Virus record (IMG/VR): IMGVR_UViG_3300005683_000014
Source: an uncultured virus (IMG/VR IMGVR_UViG_3300005683_000014)
Lineage: Duplodnaviria > Heunggongvirae > Uroviricota > Caudoviricetes
DNA length: 64,000 nucleotides
Reading direction: 5' to 3' (one strand)
Shown: in pieces, positions 53,919-64,000 of the stretch
Layout of the letters: every line of letters starts with the position of its first letter
Numbering within the stretch: position 1 is the stretch's first letter
Made by a program: the position numbers and the translations under genes
The notes under the pieces: model-generated
The model's database searches: none
Seen by the model: only the letters and a program-made list of their open reading frames with translations
What the model was told of the DNA's origin: nothing

Positions 53919-55221
53919 CGCCTGGATGGCTAGCGCCAGCCAGATTTCTACCTGGAGCCGGTGCAAGAGGAAGTGGTACTTCGAGAAGGTGATGAAACTG
54001 TTTGCTCCTCAGCATCCCAGTGCTGAGTTGGGCGAGCGGTGTCATAAGGCGTTGGAAATCTACATCGAGACCGGACGCAAAGAAGCGGACGATGACGTGA
54101 TGCGGATCCTGGCACTGGTGTGGGACCAACCTTGGTTGCGTCGACTGGTGCTGGATAAACGCACACAGGTCGAACACAAGATCGAGAACCTGTTCATCGG
54201 TGGTATCGGGCTCAATGGCCGGATCGATCTCGGGTATCGGAGTGGTGCGTTCCCAGCGGGTCTGAATCCGATAGCGGAGTGGTCCGCAATTGATATCCCT
54301 GAGCCGGATGAAACAGGCAAGACGCGAGTCATCATCGATCATAAGTCCACCAGCAATTTCTCGTATGTCAAGTCACAGGAAATTGCTTTGGAGGACCCGC
54401 AAACAGTCGTGTACGGGGCAGCAGCGTTCTGTGATCCGACTATCGAGGAGGTGGTGTTCGTCTATCACTACTTCCGAACGAAGGGCCCTCCTATTCTCCC
54501 GCGATGTGTGATTGTGCGTCATACGCGAGAAACACTTGCACCAGTGCTGGAGAAATTCGCTGTTTTCCTTGACGAAATGAGGCAGATGCGCGATCTTCCC
54601 CTGGCTGCCATCCCCCGAAACACTGATGCCTGTTGGGATTTTGGCGGGTGTCATTTTCGTGGTCAGTGTTTCGAAGAACAAGAAAACTCTCTCACCGAGG
54701 AGCAGATCATGGCTGATACGGGTTTCGATTTCGATGCGTTGCTGGCCGCTCAGGCTGCTAAGGGTTCTGGTCCTGTTCCCGCTGCGGCGCCGGCTTTTGT
54801 CCCCCCTCCTGTGAAGCCTCCAGAGCCGAAGCCCGAGTCTGTGAAGGCTCAGGAGCCGGTTAAGGTGCCCGAGACCAACAAGCCTGCGTCGCCAGTTGTT
54901 TCACTACCTACAGGCTTCAAGCCCATGTTCTTCTGCGGGACTATGGTCGTCGGAGTACACATGGTTTCTATCGAGGAAATCGCCGCGCCCTATGCCGAGA
55001 ACTGGTCGAAGGCGAACAAGGGCGTTCACTACCTCAATGCCGACTTCAACAAGGCGGAACGGGTTATCGCGGTGCAGATTATTGCGGACATGGCGCGTGG
55101 CGAACTGGAGATCCCTCCATTCGTCTACATTCGTACGGACTCGGTCATCGGGAAGTTGGTGCGAAACGAGCTGTATCTGTTGAAGGACAAGATCCACGTT
55201 GTGGTGCCGACGATCGCGTAA
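53911..55221 (+). CDS. Cas4/RecB-like PD-(D/E)XK exonuclease with C-terminal extension
   Basis: SASQI...RCKRKWY, G..CH, GRID, IDHKS, Q..VY, CWDFGGCHFRGQC. Confidence 0.85.
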   Translation: MGDAWMASASQISTWSRCKRKWYFEKVMKLFAPQHPSAELGERCHKALEIYIETGRKEADDDVMRILALVWDQPWLRRLVLDKRTQVEHKIENLFIGGIGLNGRIDLGYRSGAFPAGLNPIAEWSAIDIPEPDETGKTRVIIDHKSTSNFSYVKSQEIALEDPQTVVYGAAAFCDPTIEEVVFVYHYFRTKGPPILPRCVIVRHTRETLAPVLEKFAVFLDEMRQMRDLPLAAIPRNTDACWDFGGCHFRGQCFEEQENSLTEEQIMADTGFDFDALLAAQAAKGSGPVPAAAPAFVPPPVKPPEPKPESVKAQEPVKVPETNKPASPVVSLPTGFKPMFFCGTMVVGVHMVSIEEIAAPYAENWSKANKGVHYLNADFNKAERVIAVQIIADMARGELEIPPFVYIRTDSVIGKLVRNELYLLKDKIHVVVPTIA

Positions 55222-55239
55222 TCGCGACTCCTGGTTGAA

Positions 55240-55268
55240 TTGACGTTCCCAGGGTGACATGGTATGCT
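55240..55268 (+). promoter_or_regulatory. Sigma70-like promoter for primase
   Basis: TTGACG-N17-TATGCT. Confidence 0.6.
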
Positions 55269-55300
55269 ACCCTGGGTCTGTCGTCTCTATTGGAGGCGTG

Positions 55301-57769
55301 ATGAGCTATATTCACGTGTGGCCGGATAGGTACCCGGATAGGTGGGACGGAGGCTCGCAAGTCGAGAATCTGACTGCCTTTCTGCGCGTACCGTTCCGCG
55401 ATGCTCTCACCAAGCGTTACACGACCGACGCCCACTTCAGCCCGGCGATGCTCGGGGACCAAGAGTCCTTTCCGCCGATGAAGAAGAAGGGTTTTCCTCA
55501 GCACTACATGGACATGGTTCGCTACCACGTGCTGGTGGTGGATCTTGACGCCCCCGACGAAATGGTCGACGGCGAGATGGTAAAGCACCATCGTACTCCT
55601 GAATGGGAAGCGAAACAGTTGGAGCTGCTTCGTGATACCCCTTGGGATGGGGCGATCAAGTACGTGACTAAGGGCGGGTATCGCTTGGTTTGGGAGCTTC
55701 CTGAGTTCCTGACCATTAAGCAGTACGAAATCACTTTGAAGGCTGTGTGCTCGGCTCTACGGAGGATTGGGATGAATCCCGATCCGCTGTTCGACTGGGT
55801 ACGTTGCTTCCGTTTGCCGTTCGTGGTTCGAAAGGATGAGCGCACGAATTTCAAGGCCGAGGCTCAGGAGTTCTCCTACTACGATTCGGAGAATCCGATT
55901 CTCCCGCTGGCTTTCCTCGACCTCAAGGCCGAGGTGACTGCGACTCAGGTCTCGCTTGGTACGCTTATCGAGAACACCCAGCTTCCGCTGTCTTTGAATA
56001 GTTCAGCGGCGACTGGAAGAAACAATTTCCTGTACCGCATCGGCTGCTCCCTTCGCAATCTGGCCTGGATTGATGAGGAGCTTATGGCTGACTTCCTGAA
56101 CCGCGTGAACGAGCGTAAGTTCGAGTTGGATCCTCTTGATTTCGACGAGATCCAGGGTATCGCAAGCAAGGTGTGCAGCCAGCACGAGGTCCAGGAAGGA
56201 ACTGATCTTGAGACAGTAATCGAAGAGCCTCTGCCGGTTATCAAGATTCAGGGAGGGGAGTTGGACGTTCATGTGCGTGAAGCTATTGCGTCTCTCGTAC
56301 GCGCTGAGAATCTGTACGTCCGCGGAGGCAAGCTCGCGCGCCTCACTCCCGAGGAAATAGAGGTGCTTCCCAAGGACGCCCTTTGTACGCTGATGTGTGA
56401 GAACGCCGAGTACCAGCGCGCCAAGCCTCGTAAGGACGGAGGCTTTGACATGATCAGCATCGATCCTCCCAACAAGCTAGTGGACTGTGTATACGTGGCC
56501 GGGCACTTCCCCGGAATTAGAGAGCTGGAGCAGATTGTGACGTTCCCCACCCTCAGGCCCGATGGCTCCATGTTGGAGCACTCCGGGTATGACGAGCAGA
56601 CCCGTGCCTATCTCCGTCCGACGGTGGAGGTACCATCTGTGCCCGACGTCGTCTCGGAGGAGATGGCAGGGGACGCGCTTACGCGAATCAAGCTCTTGTT
56701 CCAGGACTTCCCCTTCGCCGAGCGCTGTCACGAGTCTGCGGCTATTGCTGCGATCATGACTCCGGTTCTACGTCTGGCCATCACAGGTCCGACTCCCCTC
56801 TTCATCTTCGATTCCACGACCCCCGGCTCGGGCAAGAGCCTGCTCGCGGACATCGTGTCAATCATTGCGACAGGGGAGGATGCTGCTCGACGCCCGCAGA
56901 CCGATGACACGGAGATGCGCAAGGAAATTACTGCGGACCTTCTCGCCGGCACCCTCGTCATCCTCATCGATAACGTGGATCGCCCTCTCGGTGGTCCTGC
57001 TCTCGATGCCGCGCTCACGTCCATCAACTGGACTGGTCGCGAGTTGAGCCGCACCAAGATGCTCAAGCTGAAGAACATCACTACGTGGTTGGCGACTGGA
57101 AACAATATCGTTGTCAAGGGAGACCTCTCGCGGCGGTCGATGCGTATCTATCTCGATCCTGGGATGGAGCGTCCTGAGGAACGCAACAAGTTCCGCATCC
57201 CGAAGTTGTTGGAGTACGTGCGAGAGAACCGTGCGCAGCTCATCCACGACATTCTGGTCTTGGCGCGCGGTCGTCAGCAGTCGGGGTTCTCCGGTGTCAG
57301 TGCCTTTGGGTCGTTCGAGTCCTGGAGCTACTGGGTTCGTGAGACACTCATTTGGTGTGGACAAGCGGATCCGCTCGACAGCCAGAAGCCGCTGCGTGAG
57401 GGTTCATCGGTGTCGACGTGGGGTCAGATTCTGTTCAACCTGTTCCACGTGTTCAACACCAAGAAGTTGGCTACCTCAACTGAGGAGTTCACGGCCAAGC
57501 AGGTTCACGACTGTGTATTCGACAACATCGGACCTGGCTCGGCCGACCACAAGGCTGTTCTTTCGTCCGGCTACCAGGAGTTGACGGATGACCAGTCTGT
57601 GCGGAAGACCACGGACATTCTTCGTCGGTGGTCGAATCGAGTAGTAGGTGGATTCAAGCTCGTGGCCAACAACGACGAGCGTCGTAAGGCTCTCAAGGGC
57701 GTGACGTATCGCGTCGAGAGAATTGATGTTCCCAACCTTCAGGTAGTCCCGAACACCAAGATCGGGTAA
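55301..57769 (+). CDS. Primase-helicase (AEP-like N-terminus, PriCT, P-loop NTPase)
   Basis: VDLD, TKGGYR, RLPFV, GRNNFLY, PGSGKS, LIDNV, ATGNN, DLSRR. Confidence 0.82.
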   Translation: MSYIHVWPDRYPDRWDGGSQVENLTAFLRVPFRDALTKRYTTDAHFSPAMLGDQESFPPMKKKGFPQHYMDMVRYHVLVVDLDAPDEMVDGEMVKHHRTPEWEAKQLELLRDTPWDGAIKYVTKGGYRLVWELPEFLTIKQYEITLKAVCSALRRIGMNPDPLFDWVRCFRLPFVVRKDERTNFKAEAQEFSYYDSENPILPLAFLDLKAEVTATQVSLGTLIENTQLPLSLNSSAATGRNNFLYRIGCSLRNLAWIDEELMADFLNRVNERKFELDPLDFDEIQGIASKVCSQHEVQEGTDLETVIEEPLPVIKIQGGELDVHVREAIASLVRAENLYVRGGKLARLTPEEIEVLPKDALCTLMCENAEYQRAKPRKDGGFDMISIDPPNKLVDCVYVAGHFPGIRELEQIVTFPTLRPDGSMLEHSGYDEQTRAYLRPTVEVPSVPDVVSEEMAGDALTRIKLLFQDFPFAERCHESAAIAAIMTPVLRLAITGPTPLFIFDSTTPGSGKSLLADIVSIIATGEDAARRPQTDDTEMRKEITADLLAGTLVILIDNVDRPLGGPALDAALTSINWTGRELSRTKMLKLKNITTWLATGNNIVVKGDLSRRSMRIYLDPGMERPEERNKFRIPKLLEYVRENRAQLIHDILVLARGRQQSGFSGVSAFGSFESWSYWVRETLIWCGQADPLDSQKPLREGSSVSTWGQILFNLFHVFNTKKLATSTEEFTAKQVHDCVFDNIGPGSADHKAVLSSGYQELTDDQSVRKTTDILRRWSNRVVGGFKLVANNDERRKALKGVTYRVERIDVPNLQVVPNTKIG

Positions 57770-57781
57770 CAGGAGATTCAA

Positions 57782-59878
57782 ATGAGTAATGCTGTCATCC
57801 CGGTCGCGGAGCGGGAGTTCTTTCGCTTCGACGATGTGTTCTTCGAGCCCTATCGCAACACCGAGCCTCAGTGGACGGTTGAGGGGTATATCACGTACCT
57901 GCGAACGTACTCCGCCACCATCGTGGACGAGGTCACGGGCAAGCAGCGAAATGAATTGTGGTGGGAGACGTGTCGCCGTGTGGTCGAGGGGGCGATGTCT
58001 ATCCTGCGCTGGCACATGAAGAAGCGCGGCGTTCTGGAGACGCCTTGGTATCAGGACGTGGAAGGATACTGGTCACGCGCCATGTACCATAGCCTGTTCT
58101 ACCAGAAGTGGTCGCCGGCGGGTCGTGGACTCCAGCACATGGGGCGACGGGACGTTATCTGGGAGAAGGGCGCGGCCGTGCTCAACAACTGTGCCTTCGT
58201 ATCGACCGCCAACATCGACAAGGACTTCACCTACCCCTTCGAGTACCTCATGGACATGAGCATGCTCGGGGTTGGTGTCGGGTTCGATACCGAGGGAGCC
58301 GGCAAGGTTCTTTGGGGTCCTCCTGGGATCGACAAGGATTTCACGTTTGTGGTGGAGGACACGCGAGAGGGCTGGGTGGAGCTTCTGCACGTGGTGCTCA
58401 ACTCCTTCATCGGCAAGAGCAAGTTCCCAGGCGTCATCGATTATCGACAGATCCGTCCTCTGGGTACGCCGCTCTTGACTATGGGTGGGTTGGCGTCTGG
58501 TCCTGCTCCTCTTCAACTCATGGTGGATGAGCTGCTTCAAATCATTGGTATGGGGCAGCGCTGCATCGAGTGGTTCGAGTTCGATCCTGAGGTGCGCACC
58601 TACTCGTACGTTCCTACCTGGGACCGGTATGATGATACCCTGATCACCTCAAACCAGATTGGAGACATCGGTAACATCGTCGGGAAGTGCGTCATCAGCG
58701 GAGGTATCCGGCGGACTGCCGAGATCATCCTGGGGAACATCGAAGACATCGAGTTCTTGGATCGCAAACAAGATATGGAGTTGCTGAAGGCTTGGCGCTC
58801 GTTCTCTAACAACAGCATCGTAGCTGACCAGCCCCTGACGTATGAGCAGTGCGATTTCATCGGTACTCATGCTGCTCGTTTCGGGGACCCTGGAATCTTT
58901 TTCCGTGGGAACGCTCGTGCTTGGGGTCGCACTCTGGAGCAGTGCCTGTTCGACTGGGTGATTGGGTGCAATCCCTGTGGTGAGCAACAGCTCCTGGACG
59001 GTGAGATGTGCAACCTCGTCGAGACCGTGCCCTGGCGTCATGATTCCATCGAGGACTACATGAGCACGGCGCGCTGTGCCTTCTTGTACGCCAAGATTGT
59101 GTCCCTGCTTCCGACACACCGCCCCGAGATCAATCTCATTCAGGAACGAAATCGGCGTGTGGGTGTGTCCATGACGGGCATCTTCATGGCATACAACAAG
59201 TTCGGACGCTCCAAATTCTTGGAGGGGTACTGTGCTCACACGTATGAGGATATGGGCTACTTCGACCGGGAGATTTCCAACTTCCTGGGCGTTCGCTTCT
59301 CCGTGAAGCGAACCTCGGTCAAACCCAGTGGCTCGGTGTCTCTGGTGCTTGGGGTCACGTCCGGTATTCGTGCGCCTGAGGGTCCTTTCAGTCTGAAGTT
59401 GATCCAGTTCGAGCAGACGTCTCCCCTTCTGCCTATTCTACGGGCCGCGGGCTACCGCATCGAGAAGTCCGTGTACACGCCCTCGTCGTATGTCGTGTAT
59501 TTCCCTGTGCGCCTGGAATGCGAGAGGGGAGTCGATGACGTGTCGGCGGCCGAGCAGATCGAGATGGTCAAGGACATGCAGTGTTACTGGGCCGATAACA
59601 TGGTGTCCAACACCATCGAGTTCCAGCCATCGGAGATTAACGATTTGGGCAAGCTCATCTACGAGGCGCAGGGAAGCATCAAATCGTTGACGCTCATGGC
59701 GCGCGTTCATGGGTTCGAGCAGGCTCCATTCCAACGCATCACGGAGGAGCAGTACGAGAAGGAAATCGAAAACATCTTGCCGATTGACTTCTCGTCTCTG
59801 CATGATACTGTGGTCCACGAAATTGACGAGCGGGGCTGTGACAACGGAAGCTGCTCTCTCGTCCCTCTCCAGGAGTGA
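57782..59878 (+). CDS. nrdJ: Class II (B12-dependent) ribonucleotide reductase
   Basis: SPAGRGL, LNNCAFVST, GGIRRTAEI, NPCGEQ, VKPSGSVSL, C-terminal CDNGSC; no adjacent small subunit. Confidence 0.9.
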   Translation: MSNAVIPVAEREFFRFDDVFFEPYRNTEPQWTVEGYITYLRTYSATIVDEVTGKQRNELWWETCRRVVEGAMSILRWHMKKRGVLETPWYQDVEGYWSRAMYHSLFYQKWSPAGRGLQHMGRRDVIWEKGAAVLNNCAFVSTANIDKDFTYPFEYLMDMSMLGVGVGFDTEGAGKVLWGPPGIDKDFTFVVEDTREGWVELLHVVLNSFIGKSKFPGVIDYRQIRPLGTPLLTMGGLASGPAPLQLMVDELLQIIGMGQRCIEWFEFDPEVRTYSYVPTWDRYDDTLITSNQIGDIGNIVGKCVISGGIRRTAEIILGNIEDIEFLDRKQDMELLKAWRSFSNNSIVADQPLTYEQCDFIGTHAARFGDPGIFFRGNARAWGRTLEQCLFDWVIGCNPCGEQQLLDGEMCNLVETVPWRHDSIEDYMSTARCAFLYAKIVSLLPTHRPEINLIQERNRRVGVSMTGIFMAYNKFGRSKFLEGYCAHTYEDMGYFDREISNFLGVRFSVKRTSVKPSGSVSLVLGVTSGIRAPEGPFSLKLIQFEQTSPLLPILRAAGYRIEKSVYTPSSYVVYFPVRLECERGVDDVSAAEQIEMVKDMQCYWADNMVSNTIEFQPSEINDLGKLIYEAQGSIKSLTLMARVHGFEQAPFQRITEEQYEKEIENILPIDFSSLHDTVVHEIDERGCDNGSCSLVPLQE

Positions 59879-59948
59879 GATAAGGCATCGGAGGACTGGG
59901 TGGCCTTCCTGGAAGAGGAACATCACCATCAGAGGAGAGTTCAAACAG

Positions 59949-60338
59949 ATGAGCGAGACTGAGAACAAGAACGAGAAGATCCCGAAGCCCCCGATCGATT
60001 CGGTGACCTTCGTGGGCTACAAGGGCGGTGAGTTGGTGTGGAACACGGTCGAGACGCGCGCGAGCAAGGAGGAGGATTCGGTCCTTCTCAACGCCAAGAC
60101 GTGGCCGAACGTGCGCAAGTTGCACTGCACGTACGATCGCATCCGGTCGGCCCCGTTTGAGGTGCAGGATGGTGAGTTGTACGCCGGTGCCGATCTGGAT
60201 GCTGCGCTGAAGGGCATGGCGTTCTTCTATGACAAGAAGATCGAGCGCCTGACCAAGCATCGCACTCGCGTCCAGGAGCTGGGCGAGGCGATGAGTGAGA
60301 ACTGCGTCGAGGTGCTCAAGGAAGCGAGGGCTCAGTGA
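59949..60338 (+). CDS. Hypothetical protein
   Basis: GAGGAG RBS. Confidence 0.7.
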   Translation: MSETENKNEKIPKPPIDSVTFVGYKGGELVWNTVETRASKEEDSVLLNAKTWPNVRKLHCTYDRIRSAPFEVQDGELYAGADLDAALKGMAFFYDKKIERLTKHRTRVQELGEAMSENCVEVLKEARAQ

Positions 60339-60562
60339 ATCCATTTCTGAATTTCGGGCAGGCGCTCGAACTGCTCAAGAGTGGACAAAGGGTCGCTCGT
60401 CAGGGGTGGAACGGTAAGGGCATGTGGCTCGCTCTACAGCGTCCCGATGTGAACAGCAAGATGTCCCTGCCGTACATCTACATGAGCACGGTCACCGGTG
60501 ATCTCGTGCCGTGGCTGGCGTCCCAAACGGACGTCCTGGCCGAGGACTGGATCTCCGTGTGA
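60335..60562 (+). CDS. tad2: DUF2829/Tad2-family anti-defence nucleotide-signal sponge
   Basis: [25 protein letters not shown]...[14 protein letters not shown]. Confidence 0.85.
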   Translation: MNPFLNFGQALELLKSGQRVARQGWNGKGMWLALQRPDVNSKMSLPYIYMSTVTGDLVPWLASQTDVLAEDWISV

Positions 60563-60610
60563 GTTTGGGCCGGGACATCACCGGTCCGTTCCATCACCGA
60601 GGAGTGAGAT

Positions 60611-61045
60611 ATGTCATCGGAGAAGGAGGAGAGGAACATCACCATCAGAGGAGAAGAAAGCGAGGGCTCAGTGAGCACTCCCTATTACACCGGCCGCTTT
60701 TACGAAGGGGTTGTGACACAAGCCATGTTCGAGTCTGGGGATATCCCGGAAGAGGCTCGATACAACTTCTATAAGACGTTCCGGATGGACGTCTGTTTGA
60801 AGCAGATGGTGGTGCGTGCAAAGTGGTATCGCTGGCCGGAACCCGTGAGTGAGCTTCGGGAGGGATGGGATCATGCTCCTGCTCTGAAGGGAGGGCTCGC
60901 TATTCCTTTTGAGATTCATAAGGTGGCAGTCACCTTCAAGAACAAGGAGGATATGGATAAGGCGCAACGTCTTGCCATTGAATCTGTGCTCAGCTTGAAG
61001 TATCGCGTGTCCGAGGGTTCCCTGTATCCGCTGATTACTCTCTGA
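60611..61045 (+). CDS. Hypothetical protein (alternative start 60671)
   Basis: GAGGAG RBS. Confidence 0.6.
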   Translation: MSSEKEERNITIRGEESEGSVSTPYYTGRFYEGVVTQAMFESGDIPEEARYNFYKTFRMDVCLKQMVVRAKWYRWPEPVSELREGWDHAPALKGGLAIPFEIHKVAVTFKNKEDMDKAQRLAIESVLSLKYRVSEGSLYPLITL

Positions 61046-61278
61046 TCGAACATGGGCCAGGACAGCACTGGCCCTTTCGGGAGGTCATGTGAAGACACGA
61101 GAAGCATTCGCGAAACTCGGTGTCGAAGTGCAGTGGGCAAAGCAACGAGTCGTGCTCCATGTAGGGCGCGAGCGAAACAAAATCGTTTGCTCCCCTCCTG
61201 CGTTCCGGTGGCTCGACAAGTTGGTTCGTTGGGCACTCGAAGCCGGATTCAATCAAGAGCAATTGATGGGGGTCATCC

Positions 61279-63140
61279 GTGGATCTGGATGCGCTATTCA
61301 AAGCAAGAGAGAAAAGCGGGAACCAGCCTACCAAAGAGCTGAATCTCGACTCGATCTTCAGCCCATCGAAGACGATTGTGAGCCCGGTCCCCAGCCTGAT
61401 CCTCCCTTCGACCCCCGTATTGACGACGAGTTCCGGTACGGGACCGTCATCATCGACGGAGTTGGATTCTATCCTCGGGAAGATGAAGGGCGCCCGGGAC
61501 GACGAGTGGCAGCGAATCATCGCCGTTCCTCGCGCTGAGCCCGTAAACACGAAGAGTGTCGCGTGGCTCCATGTTACGCGACAATTCACTCTTCGCGAGA
61601 TTCAAGCTACCGCGCTGGCCATCATTCAACAGTTTGGCGGCCTGTTCGGTGACATCGGAGTGGGTCACGGTAAATCGTTGATTGCGTGGCTCACACCTGT
61701 AGTTCGTGGATCCGAGCGCTGCGTCATCATGATGCCCTCGGACATGGTCGAGCCCTTCAAGGCGGACATTGCTAGATTCAAGGAGCACTTCAGGAAGCCC
61801 AAGGTCGAGCCCACTATCCTCCCCTACTCCATTCTCTCGCGCGCCGACGGCACGGACATTCTGGATCGTTTGGCCCCGGACATTATCGTGGCGGACGAGG
61901 GGCACACTCTCGCCAACGATTCGGCCCGTACTCGCCGGCTCAAGCGCTACTTCGCTGCGCACCCCGAGACCACGTTCGTCGTGATGTCAGGGACCTTCAT
62001 CGGTCCGGAGATGTCCAAGCTGGCCCATCTCGTTCACTACGCGTTGCGTGAAAATGCTTTCATGCCGGTTCGTGGGCGGGCTCTTGAGGTCTGGGGCGAG
62101 TGCGTGGACCTGGACGGACGGCCCGCTGAGTCGGACTGGAAAGTGTTTGAGCCCCTGGCCAAGGCCGAAGGGTTCGACATATGCGGGCAGGTAGGGGAGG
62201 ATAGAACTACGCTGGCACGGAAGGCCGTGTTCTCGCGTATGTTCACTACCCCTGGTGTAGCCACTACTACAGAGAATGCTTGTACTACGCCGCTTGTCTG
62301 TCGGCGCGTTCGGTCGCTCGAAGTACCGCCTGAAATCGATGAGGTGCTTCGGCGGATGAGGACAGGGGAGGAAACGCCTGACGGCGAGGACATCATTGCA
62401 GACGATGCGCAGAAGGCTCGTCTACAGCGACACCTCAGCATGGGGTTCTACTACCGCTGGGCCTGGGAGTTGATTGGTGGTCGTAACGAGGAGTGGCTCA
62501 TGTCGCGGCGTGCCTGGAATCGCGCTGTACGCAAAGAGTTGGAGCGTAATTCGCGGGAGCACTATGACTCTGAGAAGTTGGTGTTCGATGCCGTGGCGCG
62601 CCAGCTTCTTGAGGATCCTTCGCTGGCGCACAGAAGCCTCCTCCACATGAGCTTCGTGGAGTGGCGCAAGATGAAAGAATTGGTCAAGCCGCCCACGGTC
62701 CCTGTGTGGCTCGACACCTTCATGCTCGACTGGCTGAAGAAATTTCTTGCGTCCCGGCCCCCAACTCTGGTTTGGTATCACTCAGACGCAATTGAGGAAG
62801 CACTCGGCGCTATGGGTCTCCCCATCTACGGCGCTGGGTCGCTTCCCCCCTCTCGACATGAGACCTGTGGTGTGGCAATTGAAGTGCATCACAAGGGGAA
62901 GAATCTTCAGTTCTTCAATCAGAATCTGGTTGTGGAACCCTTTGGAAACGGAAAGCGCTGGCAGCAATTGCTGGGGCGCACGCGTCGACCTGGACAAGAG
63001 GCGCCGTTGATTGAGACCTTCATCATGGCGCATACCGATATCTTGAATTCCTACATCGACAAGGGTATAACTCAGGCAGAGTTCTCGGCGCTGGGTGGCT
63101 CCGAGCAACATCTGCTTCAGGCTAAGTGGGAGATTCTCTA

Positions 63141-63141
<1 letters not shown>
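61279..63141 (+). CDS. Second SF2 (SNF2-like) helicase
   Basis: LREIQ, GVGHGKS, ADEGH, MSGT, GKNLQ, QLLGRTRRPGQ. Confidence 0.85.

Positions 63142-64000
<859 letters not shown>

Overview
This window is part of a large, GC-rich, lytic-looking tailed dsDNA phage genome with siphovirus-type tail architecture; no integrase or repressor is visible. A myxobacterial (Myxococcota) host is suggested by an SspB homologue, sigma54-type promoters and avoidance of CTCGAG/CTGCAG; this is inference. Layout: (1) 1-11.2 kb accessory arm with tRNA-Met and tRNA-Tyr, tRNA mimics, candidate structured RNAs, SspB, an SNF2 helicase, a bL12-CTD protein and a DHH phosphoesterase; (2) about 11.5-16.2 kb compositionally distinct island that is GATC-free and CTAG- and GAGCCC-rich, in which a sigma54-like promoter precedes small ORFs separated by a conserved, covarying two-hairpin module (top finding: a probable first-injected anti-defence cassette array with structured spacers); (3) VRR-NUC, an iteron-rich palindromic non-coding region (18.0-18.7 kb), HNH, ThyX, NUDIX, tRNA-His and a GroES-domain protein; (4) 26.4-50 kb morphogenesis module (TerS/TerL, portal, scaffold, major capsid, tail tube, frameshifted tail chaperone, tape measure, tail tip proteins); (5) lysis genes; (6) replication and nucleotide genes (metallophosphoesterase, Cas4-like nuclease, primase-helicase, class II RNR, Tad2/DUF2829, second SF2 helicase, acidic protein). 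Two scaffold gaps are present, near 15.24 kb and 63.3 kb. All calls come from manual motif reading; no database searches were run.
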